Shown here piece after piece: positions 28,663 through 38,852 of a stretch of DNA of 64,000 bases. This stretch comes from Longimicrobiales bacterium. Lineage in GTDB: Bacteria > Gemmatimonadota > Gemmatimonadetes > Longimicrobiales > Gaopeijiaceae. Numbering within the stretch: position 1 is the first letter of the stretch; each line of letters begins with the position of its first letter. The stretch is from the NCBI GenBank assembly GCA_965226375.1, contig CBDDCX010000008.1:1184001-1248000 (forward strand). Reading direction: 5' to 3'. The notes below the pieces were generated by a model that saw only the letters and a program-made list of their open reading frames with translations, did no database searches and had not been told where the DNA came from. The position numbers and the translations under genes were made by a program.

Positions 28663-30052
28663 TGTCGCGATATTTGTGTAAAAGGGGGTGAGGGGTCCGG
28701 GGAGGGTGGACAGCCCGGGAAAAAGAGAGGAAGCTCCTTGTGAATGTTCATCATGACACGAACCCGGGGAGTCCGGGCCTGCGCCAGCAGGTCCGGAACC
28801 GGAAAGGAGCTTCCTCATGGAAAAGATGGTTGAAGTTGAGCGGGCCACGCAAGAAGAGTTACGGCAGGATTTGAAGTCGTTGTTTCAGGGCGCGATTCGT
28901 GTTACGCTCGAGATGGTGCTGGAGGAGGAGTTGAAAGCGATGGTCGGAGCGCGTCGTTTCGAGCGGGTCGGCAGCCGGAAGGACCACAGGAACGGCACGT
29001 ACCTCAGGCGCCTGCTCACGAGCTTGGGTCAGATCGACGTGATGGTGCCGCGCAGCCGGGAAGGCGGCTCGCCCGCCGACGTGATGGGCCGCTACCGGCG
29101 CAGGAGTGAAGAAGTGGACGAGATGATGGTGGAGGCCTACGTGAGCGGTGTGTCGCAGCGCAAGATGGGCGACGTGACTGAAGCACTGCTGGGTGAGCGC
29201 GTGGGACGCTCGACGGTAAGCCGGGTCGCGAAGCGGCTCGATGGGGCTGTAGAAGCGCTGCGGAGCGCACCCATCGAGGGGCCTCACCCCTATCTGTATC
29301 TGGACGCGACGTTCCTCGATGCGCGCTGGGCCAGGAAGGTCGAGAACGTGAGCGCGCTCGTGGCCTACGCGGTGGATCCGGACGGTCACCGCCGGCTCCT
29401 GGCCATCACGCTAGGCCCTGAGGAGTCAGAGGACAGTTGGTCGGAGCTCCTCGAGCAGCTCCTGGAGCGAGGTCTCAGCGGCGTCGAACTGGTGATCGCC
29501 GACAAGCACGCGGGCCTGGCAGCTGCGGTGCGCCGCTTCCTGCCTGAGGTGCGCCGTCAGCGCTGCACCGTGCACCTGCAACGCAACGTGCTGGCCAAGG
29601 TCCCGCATCGCCTGCGCAAGCGTGTGGCGCGCGAGGTTGCCGCCGTCTTCCGGGCCCCCGGGCTCGCTGAGGCGAAGAAGCGCCTGGCCGAGATCACGAC
29701 GCGCTGGCAAGAGGAGCTCCCCGAGGCAATGAAGGTGCTCGAGCGGGGCTTCACGGCCGCCACCCAGTTCTACGCGTTCCCCGAGCCCCACTGGGCCAGG
29801 CTACGCACCACGAACAGCCTCGAGCGCCTGCACACCGAGATCAAGCGTCGGATCCGGAGCGCCGGCGCCTTCCCCGACCGAGCCAGTGCGCTCCGCCTCA
29901 TCACCGCGGTTGCTCTGAAGACTACTGCGGTCTGGAGCGAACGCCGCTACCTCGATCTCACGCTTCTCGAACCCAAGGAGGTCGCCAAGGCAGCCTAACC
30001 GAAGCATCGAGGAGCTTCCTCTCACTTTTACACACAACTCGGGACTTGACCC
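28657..30052 (+). mobile_element. IS256-family insertion sequence
   Basis: Imperfect 28-bp IRs GGGTAGTGTCGCGATATTTGTGTAAAAG / CTTTTACACACAACTCGGGACTTGACCC; no target duplication. Confidence 0.88.
28817..29998 (+). CDS. IS256-family (Mutator) transposase
   Basis: RNGTY.R.L.T..G.I.V.VPRSR, YLYLDA, LVIADKHAGL, QRCTVHLQRN, LRTTNSLERL..EIKRR. Confidence 0.93.
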   Translation: MEKMVEVERATQEELRQDLKSLFQGAIRVTLEMVLEEELKAMVGARRFERVGSRKDHRNGTYLRRLLTSLGQIDVMVPRSREGGSPADVMGRYRRRSEEVDEMMVEAYVSGVSQRKMGDVTEALLGERVGRSTVSRVAKRLDGAVEALRSAPIEGPHPYLYLDATFLDARWARKVENVSALVAYAVDPDGHRRLLAITLGPEESEDSWSELLEQLLERGLSGVELVIADKHAGLAAAVRRFLPEVRRQRCTVHLQRNVLAKVPHRLRKRVAREVAAVFRAPGLAEAKKRLAEITTRWQEELPEAMKVLERGFTAATQFYAFPEPHWARLRTTNSLERLHTEIKRRIRSAGAFPDRASALRLITAVALKTTAVWSERRYLDLTLLEPKEVAKAA

Positions 30053-30403
30053 TTGGAGGGACTACTGGAAGACGGCCGGAGCAGGGATGCACATCGGGCG
30101 CGGGCGGCACTCGGGGTCGTGGCTGCACGGCAGGGTAATCGAGAGGACGCATTGAGGATATCTCGGTCACTCGACCAGGGAGATCGTTCTCTGAATCACT
30201 CCGGGGGCGCTGGCGTTGAAAGGGCATATGAGCGCGCGTGGATCGCCGCCACTCTGGGCGAGCGAGCGGAAGCGTTGCAACTGCTACATGAGTGGAGCCC
30301 CAAGGGCCGCCTGTTCCGACTGTTCTCTGCGCATGCTGACTCCCGCCTTGAGCCGCTGTGGGACTACCCACCGTTCCAGGAGTTGATGCGGCCTAAAGGG
30401 TAG
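30053..30403 (+). pseudogene. C-terminal TPR fragment of a BTAD- or kinase-TPR-type protein
   Basis: ALGVVAARQGNREDA..YERAWIAATLGERAEAL..HADSRLEPLWDYPPFQELMRPKG, starting exactly at the IS256 right end. Confidence 0.65.
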
Positions 30404-30873
30404 GGCCCGCACACTTCAATCACCGGGGCGGTCTGTCGCTCAATTAGCGCCTTCGCGTAAGGAGCGCCGGGGAGGCTAGGCCGGAGAGTCCGACCTCGCC
30501 CCTGCTCTATGAATGGGCGGTCGGAGGTGAGGAAGGTCCTAACCACGCCCACCCGACAACATGGTGTACATGTAGCTGTGCATGTTCAGCTCTACGACGC
30601 GGCTCCATAACCCGACCCACTAGCATCGCTGGTGCCTTCGGCTCGAGGCCCGACTGATGGAAGGTCTGTCCCCCGCGTTCGAAGGGCGATGGCGGACATA
30701 CGCCACCGGTCCTTCGAGTTGTTGATCCGAGCGGGCGTGCGCCCGCGCTCGACCCGCCCCCACCGCTGACGGCTCGGCGACAGTCCCTCTTTTTTTTGCT
30801 GTCTCCCCGTTTCGCAGGATGGTACTTTTCTTAAGTAGATTATCCATCCTGGCCCAGGGGCTGACCTCGAAAA

Positions 30874-31538
30874 ATGTGGTTTCCAATCAAGAGGCTCAGA
30901 ACGGTCGCCGCCGCCGCGGTTCTCGTGTCGGCCGGGCTCACGGGCTGCTCTGACACGCGGAAGCTCGACGAGGCGGTCTTCTACGAGGGTCCCGTGTTCA
31001 CGCTCAAAGTGGTGAGGTTCTACCGGAACCTCTTTCTCAGCTACAACGGTGAGACCTTCTCGGTCCAATGCGCATCGGAGAACACGGCGGGGTACGGCGC
31101 GAGCAAATTCACCGAGCCCGGCTGGTACGAGTTGGGCAGCGGCGGCGCCATCGGCACCAAGAACGCCGATGACGTGATCAAGCAGGTCGAAAGTCAGTAT
31201 ATCATCATAAACGACAGCACTCTGGCCATCCCCGGCGTGGTGTTTCGTGTCAGCTTCTCCGGCTGCACCCGGTTCAAGACCTGGAATCCGACGACCCTGC
31301 CCCCCGAGATGATCGATCCTGTCGAGAAACCGGCCCACTGTGCGCCGCAAGGGACCGGCGACTGCCGTTACTACGATTATCACGGGGACCGCGAGCCCGT
31401 GTACGAGGATATTCGGGTCCACCCCGAGGGCCGTGTCTCGGTCATCGTGAGGACCAAGACGTCAAGGACGTCGCGGGTCTCACGGTCTCGAGCGAGGATG
31501 CAGGGGAGACCTGGAAGGTCGACCCCAACGGGCCATAG
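30874..31538 (+). CDS. Hypothetical lipoprotein (probable frameshift near 31460)
   Basis: LTGC lipobox; an alternative frame gives an Asp-box-like end VSSEDAGETWKVDPNGP* at 31538. Confidence 0.55.
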
Positions 31539-31587
31539 GACAGGACTCCACCGACCGTACGACCGGCTCCTTGCTTGCGCCTCCTGT

Positions 31588-31629
31588 GCCGCCCTCGCCT
31601 AGCTCACGCTCGATGGCGTAGCGGCCTTC
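31588..31629 (-). repeat. Remnant of a Ser/Thr kinase 5' end ([14 protein letters not shown])
   Basis: 14 codons identical in peptide to the kinase at 21842, with synonymous DNA differences. Confidence 0.8.
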
Positions 31630-32022
31630 TCAACCCCCACGCCCTCGGCTCGGAGGACGCGTTCCTCGAGGCGAAGGAGGTGGCGGAGGCGGAGGCTTAG
31701 CCTCTCCCCCCACCATGTCACGGCGGCGTGTGGGGGCGGTTGCTCTTTGTGGCTCCATCGTCCTCGAGGACGGCGCGTCTGCTTCTGCTATCCGATCGGC
31801 GACCGGGTCTAAACGCTCCTCAAGAGCGGTGACTTCCTCGAGGAGCCGCTCCCCCCGTCTCCGAACGCCGCGAGGAACTGAGCCCTTAGCCTCGCAGGCG
31901 CTCCGCTCAGCGATGTACGCCGTGAGTCGCGCCCTGAGGGCGCTCCGCTCGGCCATGTGCGACGAGCTCTCGTCCAGGGCCTTCTGGGCACGATCCCAAA
32001 CGCCGCCGTCGTCCGTACTCAC
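31630..32022 (-). CDS. Hypothetical protein (coiled coil + Pro-rich tail)
   Basis: GTG start overlaps the stop of the kinase stub (GTGA). Confidence 0.4.
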   Translation of the reverse strand: MSTDDGGVWDRAQKALDESSSHMAERSALRARLTAYIAERSACEAKGSVPRGVRRRGERLLEEVTALEERLDPVADRIAEADAPSSRTMEPQRATAPTRRRDMVGGEAKPPPPPPPSPRGTRPPSRGRGG

Positions 32023-32180
32023 CGGTTTTCCTCACGTTTGAGGACCTTCAGCGCGACCTTGCGCTCATGCTTAATGTCGTAGGCCAGGTAGACCGTGGCC
32101 ATCCCACCTTCACCCAGCTCTCGCTCGATGGTGTAGCGGTCTCCAAGAGCGGTATTGAGTCGTTCGATGGGATCGGACAT
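32019..32180 (-). pseudogene. 53-aa kinase N-terminal stub
   Basis: [53 protein letters not shown]. Confidence 0.85.
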
Positions 32181-32506
32181 GGGCGCTCCGAGATCAGGCG
32201 GTGCTCAACATCCTATCCGCAGGTCGGGAAGCGTAACTATCGACGCTCACCAACGCCAGAGATTCGCTTAGGAGGCAGTCGCTCTATCCAACTGAGCTAC
32301 GGGGACAAAGTGCTTTTCCCGTCGTCAAGACATGCTTCGCTGCTGTCGGACCGTGCGGCTACCTCGGTAGAAAAGGAAGAACGTGTTGCCTTCACGAGTG
32401 ACCCGAACCGGCTCGAAATCCTGCGCAATGACCTCGATCTCCGGCCAGGAGACCTGACGGGTCAATTAAGACCTCACGCCGAGGGGGTTCGAATTCGCTC
32501 CCAACT

Positions 32507-32995
32507 TCACACAGCCGTCGGCGGCCCGTCGGCGTTGAAGCAGTCGACCTGCACCTTCCACGAGCCATCGGCTTGCTTGTGCCAGACCGTCACGTACTTC
32601 CCCTCGGTGAGCATCACCGTACCGTCCTGATCGACGGTGAGCTCGAACGTGCCGATGGTGTATCCGATATCGCCGGAGGCGGCCACCTCGGCACTCGTCG
32701 CCTGCCATGCGAGGCCGAACCCCGGCATGGAGGTGAGACCTTCCCATGTCGTGCGAATCGCGGGTCCCTGAGCGAGCGGGGCGCCAAACGGCATGAAGTG
32801 GGCACCCTCCGCAATGAACGAAAGAAATCCGTCGATGTCGTCGACCGATTCGGACCAGGCTTGGTCGACCGCCATGAGCGCATCACGCTCGCTCCCGAGA
32901 TCGATGGCCGGTGTCCCCGCCGTCGGCGCGCAGCCGGAACTGACGAAGAGGGCAACGAGAAAGAAACGATAGGTGGGTTTCATGATCTCCTCCAT
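32507..32995 (-). CDS. DUF4440 / NTF2-like (SnoaL-like) lipoprotein
   Basis: SSGC lipobox; AEVAASGDIGYTIG..GKYVTVWHKQADGSWKV..D.FN. Confidence 0.8.
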   Translation of the reverse strand: MEEIMKPTYRFFLVALFVSSGCAPTAGTPAIDLGSERDALMAVDQAWSESVDDIDGFLSFIAEGAHFMPFGAPLAQGPAIRTTWEGLTSMPGFGLAWQATSAEVAASGDIGYTIGTFELTVDQDGTVMLTEGKYVTVWHKQADGSWKVQVDCFNADGPPTAV

Positions 32996-33101
32996 TGTGT
33001 GCCGTCCATCCGGGAGCCCGTGCGATGACTCCGATGACGGAGACCATCATCATATACGCAGGTCCTGAAAGCACAAGCAGAAGTCCGCATGGACCCCGCC
33101 T

Positions 33102-33449
33102 CTAGAACGTCAGCACCCCTGCCCTCACGAGCAACGACACAACCACATCGCCTAGCTGCTTCCGGGTGTCGCCCTCACCCATGGTGCCCGCTCGTACCTG
33201 CTCCACCACGCTCTCCAGGGCCGCTCGGTACTCCGCCATGGTCTCGGCACCTGCGGTGGCGTCACCCGTACCCAACCCACTCGCGGCCGCGGTGGAGCTC
33301 ACCATCTCTCTGGGTGGTGGAATCATCACGTCGCCGGCAACCTCCTGGCCCGCTACCTGGCCGGGAAGAAGCACGAGTGCCCCGCCGATCAGCAAGGCCG
33401 CCGCGCAGGATCGAGCGCATCGCCACTCTCGGTGCGTCACCGTACGCAT
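33102..33449 (-). CDS. Hypothetical exported protein
   Basis: Signal-like hydrophobic segment; directly downstream of 33461-34234. Confidence 0.4.
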   Translation of the reverse strand: MRTVTHREWRCARSCAAALLIGGALVLLPGQVAGQEVAGDVMIPPPREMVSSTAAASGLGTGDATAGAETMAEYRAALESVVEQVRAGTMGEGDTRKQLGDVVVSLLVRAGVLTF

Positions 33450-33460
33450 GTCCGAGCGCA

Positions 33461-34234
33461 CTAGAACCCCACCGCCACGGCGCCACCTGCGAGCAACCGC
33501 GCGCCATCGCCCGCATATCCGGTCAGATCCGCAGCGGCCAACGAGAGCGAGATGGCGACATCGCCAACCTGAAACGCCTTGCTGACGCCTGCATGAAGGT
33601 TGATCCCAGCCCATGCCACGATGAGGTTGAGGTCTCTCGCCACCTCCAACGCGGCATTTCCGAAGATCCACGTACCGCTCTCGCTCTTCCCTTCCGACAC
33701 GTCGCGCTCGCTCGTGTCAGCGAAACGCCCGGACCCTACCCCGGCACTCAGGTGGAGACGGCCGGCCCCGGGTCGGGGAGATGCGACCCCCTGAACAACG
33801 TGGCTCACCACCACGTAGAATGTCTCACCCAAGTCGTCCACGAAGTCACCTGATGTCAACAGGCTCTCGCCACCGACGGCGATCGCGGTCCCGTGCCCGA
33901 GGTAGCGATGCAGTTTGAACGAGTATGCGTAGTTGTCGAACTCGCTGAGGTCGGAGACCGTAACTCCTAGCTGCACACCAACATGGCGTATCGGATCACC
34001 CAACCCGACGCCCAACGCCATCACGCCGTCTGACGACGGCAACCAGGGATTTCGCTCAGACACACCCACACCGGCAAAGACGGCGCCGTACGCCGCGCCC
34101 CAGCCGGTGGGCGTCATCACGGACTTGGCGCCAGCATTGGGGAGCCGAAGGCTCAGGAGCCATTCGGGGATTATCTCCTGAGCGCATGCGGCCGTTGGAG
34201 CGCCCAGGAAGGTCGCAACCAGAAGCCCCGACAA
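33461..34234 (-). CDS. Hypothetical outer-membrane beta-barrel-like protein
   Basis: Signal-like N-terminus, alternating hydrophobic strands, terminal Phe. Confidence 0.5.
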   Translation of the reverse strand: MSGLLVATFLGAPTAACAQEIIPEWLLSLRLPNAGAKSVMTPTGWGAAYGAVFAGVGVSERNPWLPSSDGVMALGVGLGDPIRHVGVQLGVTVSDLSEFDNYAYSFKLHRYLGHGTAIAVGGESLLTSGDFVDDLGETFYVVVSHVVQGVASPRPGAGRLHLSAGVGSGRFADTSERDVSEGKSESGTWIFGNAALEVARDLNLIVAWAGINLHAGVSKAFQVGDVAISLSLAAADLTGYAGDGARLLAGGAVAVGF

Positions 34235-34265
34235 GGCTGCCGACCATCGAGTACTCGTCGGTCGA

Positions 34266-34664
34266 TCAGTAGTCAGTCGAGTAGTATCCGGCGATGTAGG
34301 CCTTGAGGACGGTCTCGAAATGCGGTGTACCCGGCGCCTGCCGAAGACTACCTAGGCCGTGCTCCTTCAGCCCGGCCGCCACATCCTCGAGGACCGCAGC
34401 CATTTGGTCCGGCTCCAGATGCACATCGAACCCGACCGTGGCATGCTCCGTCGATCCGTCCATGCCCACGACAATCCCTGCCTCATCACGCTCGATGGGT
34501 TCGTCGGGAGAAATGAGCGCATCACGGAAGCTATCCCGAACGAGAGGTTCATCGGGAGAGATGAACGCTTCTTCCGGAATGTCTCCGTCGTCAGGCACCT
34601 GACCGTCGTCATTCGTCGACTGAGCCCCGGCCATCTCAGGCTCGGTTCCTGCCTCGTCGCTCAT
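34266..34664 (-). CDS. Acidic hypothetical protein
   Basis: GGAG RBS; internal repeat AFISPDEP/ALISPDEP. Confidence 0.55.
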   Translation of the reverse strand: MSDEAGTEPEMAGAQSTNDDGQVPDDGDIPEEAFISPDEPLVRDSFRDALISPDEPIERDEAGIVVGMDGSTEHATVGFDVHLEPDQMAAVLEDVAAGLKEHGLGSLRQAPGTPHFETVLKAYIAGYYSTDY

Positions 34665-34759
34665 GCGTCATCTCCGACCGACCGCGGGATTCTGCAGCTG
34701 GGGGGCTGCCCGTTCAATCCAATATAGGCCCGCCAGGGGCCCGTAAACAAACGTCTTTC

Positions 34760-35380
34760 TCAGAGAACGAATTTGATCAGGGCAAAGCCCAGAATGAGCA
34801 GGAGACTGAAAATCCAGGTGAGCAGGTGGAAATATCGGTCGATAAAGGAGCTGATGGACGGTCCGAACCGATAGATCAACCCCGCTACGATAAAGAACCG
34901 CAAGCCGCGACTCAGGACGCTGGCCAATACGAAGACCGGAAAGTTGATCGCGAAAACACCGGCCGAGATCGTGAAGGCCTTGTAGGGAATCGGCGTCAGC
35001 CCGGCAACGAAAACCGCCCAAAAATCCCAACGCAAGTAGAGATCTTGCACCGCCGCAAACACCTCGGGGGTCACACCGGGTACGTACGCAAAGAAGAAGT
35101 CCGACACACCGAGCCAAAGGAGACCGCCGATTCCGTAGCCGATCGCGCCACCGACAACCGAGGCGCCCGTGGCCACCGCCGCAAATTTCAGGGACTTCGA
35201 GGCTGCCCCGAGGCACAACGCCATGAGCAGAGGATCGGGCGGAATGGGAAAGATGGACGATTCCGCCAAGGCCAAGAGGCCGAGTGCGGGCATTCCGTAG
35301 GGGGTATCGGCCCAGTGGAGCACCCATTCGTAGAGTCTGCGAACGGGTCCCGCCCGTCCCTCGGCCACCGGAGAACTCAA
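34760..35380 (-). CDS. YqaA/DedA (VTT domain) membrane protein
   Basis: LYEWVLHWA..AESSIFPIPPD..GLTPIPYK.FTISAG..SRGLRFF; TTG start overlaps the pcm stop. Confidence 0.85.
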   Translation of the reverse strand: MSSPVAEGRAGPVRRLYEWVLHWADTPYGMPALGLLALAESSIFPIPPDPLLMALCLGAASKSLKFAAVATGASVVGGAIGYGIGGLLWLGVSDFFFAYVPGVTPEVFAAVQDLYLRWDFWAVFVAGLTPIPYKAFTISAGVFAINFPVFVLASVLSRGLRFFIVAGLIYRFGPSISSFIDRYFHLLTWIFSLLLILGFALIKFVL

Positions 35381-36063
35381 GCGCCCGCCTCCGGATGTTC
35401 CGACGCCCATGCGAAGCGGCCCAGGAGGGGCACGAAGGTGCACCCGTCCTGGACGACCTCTTCTTGAATCTCTCCGTCCTCTCGGCGAACGAGGACCAGG
35501 TTCTGGCTCTCTCTGGACCCAACGGGAATGAGCATACGACCTCCCTCCCCGAGTTGATCCAGGAAGGCCGACGGAATCGAGGGGGACGCGGCTGAGACAA
35601 CGATAACGTCGAAGGGAGCGTACTTTCTCCAGCCGATCGTGCCGTCTCCGACCATCAGGGCCACGTTCTTCAGTCGCAACTCGTCCAGCGCCGTACGTGC
35701 CCGCGCCGAAAGCTCCCGTACCCGCTCCACGGAGTAGACCCGGTCCGCAGTATGCGCCAACAGAGCGGTCAAAAACCCGCTTCCGGTACCGATTTCGAGC
35801 ACCGTGTCGTCGGGGGTGGGCTTGAGGATGCTCAGGTAGAGGGCCTGGAGCGAAGGTTGAGAGGCCGTCTGCGAGTAGCCGATGGGGATCGGGGCGTCCT
35901 CGTACGCTCTCGGCCAAACACCTTGTGGCAGGAATACGTGACGCGGCACTTGGTCGAAGAGCTGGAGCACCTCGAGATCATCGATCCCCCGCTCACGGAT
36001 CTCTTCGATGAGCTTCCGCCGATACCCGACGAAGCTCCGGTCATCTAGAGGCTCAGCTGCCAC
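35377..36063 (-). CDS. pcm: Protein-L-isoaspartate O-methyltransferase
   Basis: VPRHVF..AYED.PIPIG..QTASQP, VLEIGTGSG, GDGTIGW..APFD, FVPL; follows surE. Confidence 0.93.
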   Translation of the reverse strand: MAAEPLDDRSFVGYRRKLIEEIRERGIDDLEVLQLFDQVPRHVFLPQGVWPRAYEDAPIPIGYSQTASQPSLQALYLSILKPTPDDTVLEIGTGSGFLTALLAHTADRVYSVERVRELSARARTALDELRLKNVALMVGDGTIGWRKYAPFDVIVVSAASPSIPSAFLDQLGEGGRMLIPVGSRESQNLVLVRREDGEIQEEVVQDGCTFVPLLGRFAWASEHPEAGA

Positions 36064-36794
36064 CCGCGAATCTCCTCCAGGAGTCGATAATTGGTCAGAT
36101 CGAGGTGCAGCGGCGTCACGGACACGTATCCGTCGTGTACCGCACCGAAGTCCGAGTCCACATCGCCGCTCCACGTGACCTCGCCTCCGCCGATCCAGTA
36201 GTACTCGCGTCCCGACGGATCGAGCGCTTTTGTAAGGCTGTCGCTGTACCGACGCTTACCCAGGGACGTGACACGGATGCCCTTGACGTCGGCGGGCTCC
36301 ACCATCGGAAGGTTCACATTGAACAATGTGTCCTCTGGAAGCGCATCCTGGCCCACGATACCCTTCAACAGATCGACGAGCAGTGGTTCCCACACCTCGA
36401 GACCCTCGTAGGTGTCACCTGCATATGAGATCGCTATGGCCGGTATTCCGATAACGGTGGCCTCCATGGCTGCGGCCACGGTGCCGGAATACAGCACATC
36501 TTCGCCCATGTTGGGTCCGTGGTTCACTCCGGAGAGGCAGATATCGGGCCGCTGATCCATGAGCTCGTTCACGGCCAAGATGACGCAGTCCGTAGGTGTG
36601 CCGTCCACGACCAATGCGCCGTCGGTGGTGCGTCGAGCCCGGAGAGGGTGATGAAGCGTCAGCGAGTGGCTGGTGGCGCTCTGCTCCCGATCGGGGGCCA
36701 CGATCGTGACATCACCCAGGTGCCGAGCAGCCGAAGCCATGACTCGGATGCCCAACGCCAGGTATCCATCATCATTGGTACAGAGGATCTGCAT
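36045..36794 (-). CDS. surE: 5'/3'-nucleotidase SurE
   Basis: ILCTNDDG, VAPDREQSATSH, DGTPTDCV, SGVNHGPNMG, YSGTVAAA, VSVTPL. Confidence 0.95.
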   Translation of the reverse strand: MQILCTNDDGYLALGIRVMASAARHLGDVTIVAPDREQSATSHSLTLHHPLRARRTTDGALVVDGTPTDCVILAVNELMDQRPDICLSGVNHGPNMGEDVLYSGTVAAAMEATVIGIPAIAISYAGDTYEGLEVWEPLLVDLLKGIVGQDALPEDTLFNVNLPMVEPADVKGIRVTSLGKRRYSDSLTKALDPSGREYYWIGGGEVTWSGDVDSDFGAVHDGYVSVTPLHLDLTNYRLLEEIRGWQLSL

Positions 36795-37165
36795 CAGGAC
36801 GGAAGGCGACTCGGCGGAGCGGTCAGGACCTCCTTGAGGTGAAGCAGCTCCTGCTTCATGCCGCCCAAGAACTCATGATCGAGCACGTCCTTCTTTCCTT
36901 CCGCCATCTCTCCGCGTTGTCTCATTTCGAGCAACTTCTGTCGAGCCCCGTCGATCGTGAACTTCTTCTCGTAGAGCAGATGCTTTACCAGGAGCACCAA
37001 CTCGACCTCCTTGGGACGGAATACCCGATTTCCGGCGCGGTTCTTGGTGGGGTGTAGGACCTCGAACTGTGTCTCCCAATAGCGGAGAACGTGCGGCTTC
37101 AGCCCGGTGAGCTCGCAGACGTCACCGATGGAGTAGTACACCTTTTTGGCAATCGGTTCATCCAT
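36794..37165 (-). CDS. MerR-family transcriptional regulator
   Basis: YYSIGDVCELTGLKPHVLRYWETQF..P.KNRAGNR..LLYEKKFTIDGA. Confidence 0.9.
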   Translation of the reverse strand: MDEPIAKKVYYSIGDVCELTGLKPHVLRYWETQFEVLHPTKNRAGNRVFRPKEVELVLLVKHLLYEKKFTIDGARQKLLEMRQRGEMAEGKKDVLDHEFLGGMKQELLHLKEVLTAPPSRLPS

Positions 37166-37218
37166 CTTCGTTATCCCTGTCGATTGGGGTCGCCCCAGCG
37201 TTTCGGCGGCGGAACACT

Positions 37219-38226
37219 CTAGTACCACTCTTCGGGCTTCGGATCGCGCTCCATGAGGTTTTGCAGAGCCTGCCTGGGTTGGGTTCCCAACACCAGTATC
37301 CCGTAGACCTCCTCCGTGATGGGCATCTCTACACCGTACCGCTCGGCGAGATCATGCACGGCCTGAGCCGTTCTGACCCCCTCCGCCACGGCCGTCATGT
37401 CGCCGAGGATGGACTCCAGCGTTTCTCCCTGACCGAGGCGATACCCGACCGTACGATTTCTACTCAGGGAGCCGGTGCAGGTGAGCACCAGGTCGCCCAT
37501 GCCGGCAAGGCCCGAAAAGGTGGACGCCTCCGCTCCCATGGCCACCCCGAGTCTACGGATTTCCGCGAGCCCCCTTGTCACCAGAGCGGCCAACGTATTG
37601 TGTCCAAAGCCCAGACCGGCCGTCACGCCGGCCCCGAGTGCGATGACGTTCTTGAGAGCCCCGCCCAACTCGACCCCGATCACGTCGGTCCCGGTATACA
37701 CCCGAAAGTGTCCGGTCTGGAACAGCTTCTGGACCTCTCGGGCCGCATCCTCGGAGCGACTGGCGACCACCAGGGCGGTCGGGGCTTCTTGGGCCACCTC
37801 GATGGCGAAGCTGGGACCGGAAAGGGCGCAGAATTTCTCCATCTGGCTGGAACTCAAGACACTCGACAGAACTTCGTCCATGCGTCTCAGCGTGGATGTC
37901 TCGATTCCCTTGGATGCACTCACCACGAGGACGTCGTCTCGCATATGGGCCGCCGCCTCCCTCATCACCGCCCCGACGAACTGGGAAGGGCTCACCGACA
38001 GCACGACACCCGCGTCAGACAGTGCGGTTTCCAGACTCTCAGTGCATTCCAGATTGAGGGGAAGTTTGACGCCGGGCAGGTACGTCCGATTCTCACCCAG
38101 CCCCTGGATTTCCTCCGCAACCTCCGGCTCGTAGGCCCACAGACGCACGTCGCAGCCCTTCTTGGCCAGGAGAGCCGCCAGGGCCGTCCCCCAGCTTCCG
38201 GCTCCGACCACTGTGACCCGGCTCAT
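37219..38226 (-). CDS. gpsA: NAD(P)H-dependent glycerol-3-phosphate dehydrogenase
   Basis: GAGSWGTALA, SKGIE, LSGPSFA.EV, GGALKNVIA, GLAGMGDLVLTC..SRN, AEGV. Confidence 0.96.
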   Translation of the reverse strand: MSRVTVVGAGSWGTALAALLAKKGCDVRLWAYEPEVAEEIQGLGENRTYLPGVKLPLNLECTESLETALSDAGVVLSVSPSQFVGAVMREAAAHMRDDVLVVSASKGIETSTLRRMDEVLSSVLSSSQMEKFCALSGPSFAIEVAQEAPTALVVASRSEDAAREVQKLFQTGHFRVYTGTDVIGVELGGALKNVIALGAGVTAGLGFGHNTLAALVTRGLAEIRRLGVAMGAEASTFSGLAGMGDLVLTCTGSLSRNRTVGYRLGQGETLESILGDMTAVAEGVRTAQAVHDLAERYGVEMPITEEVYGILVLGTQPRQALQNLMERDPKPEEWY

Positions 38227-38852
38227 GCCGAGGCCCCGGAGTGGGGCGATTTGCGGAAGCTGCTCTCCTCACCCCTCATCAGTCGTCCGATGTTCGAGCG
38301 GTGGGACCAGATGACGAACACCGTCAGGCCCACGGTGAACCAAAAGGTGACGGCCCCGCCCTCGTGTGGAGTGAAATAGACGACGACGGGCAAGACCAAC
38401 GCCGCGGTCAGGGAGCCGACGGAAGCGATCCGTGTTCCCACCACCGCCACCAGCCAGGCCGCAAGACTGAGCAGGAGGGCCATCGGCGCCACGGCCAGAA
38501 ATACACCACCGCTCGTGGCGATCCCCTTCCCTCCCTTGAATCCGACCCAGAAGGAGAAAACGTGACCGAGGATGGCCGCACCACCGTACGCCAAGGCCCA
38601 CGACCACGGCAGGTCGCCATGGATCTGTGGAAAGTACCAGACGGGCAACCAGCCCTTGAAGATGTCGACTACGATGACCGGTAACGCCGCTTTCCAGCCC
38701 AGAACCCGAAAGGTATTGGTGCCCCCGAGGTTTCCGCTTCCCTTGGTCCGGAGATCGGTCCCATAAACGCCCTTCCCGACCATGTGACTCGTCGGGGTCG
38801 CACCGGCCACGTAAGCCAGTGCCAAAAGGACGTACGGATTCACGAAGATCAA
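38223..38852 (-). CDS. plsY: Glycerol-3-phosphate acyltransferase PlsY
   Basis: DLR.KGSGNLGGTN..R, DIFKG, GH.F..FKGGKGIAT..G, H.SNI.RL..GEE. Confidence 0.95.
   Translation of the reverse strand: MIFVNPYVLLALAYVAGATPTSHMVGKGVYGTDLRTKGSGNLGGTNTFRVLGWKAALPVIVVDIFKGWLPVWYFPQIHGDLPWSWALAYGGAAILGHVFSFWVGFKGGKGIATSGGVFLAVAPMALLLSLAAWLVAVVGTRIASVGSLTAALVLPVVVYFTPHEGGAVTFWFTVGLTVFVIWSHRSNIGRLMRGEESSFRKSPHSGASA

Noticed and set aside
30470..30560. RNase P RNA-like start (hairpin followed by GAGGAAGGTCC at 30529-30539)
   Set aside because: The conserved 3' motif (ACAGAA...GCTTA) and the intervening conserved regions are not present downstream.
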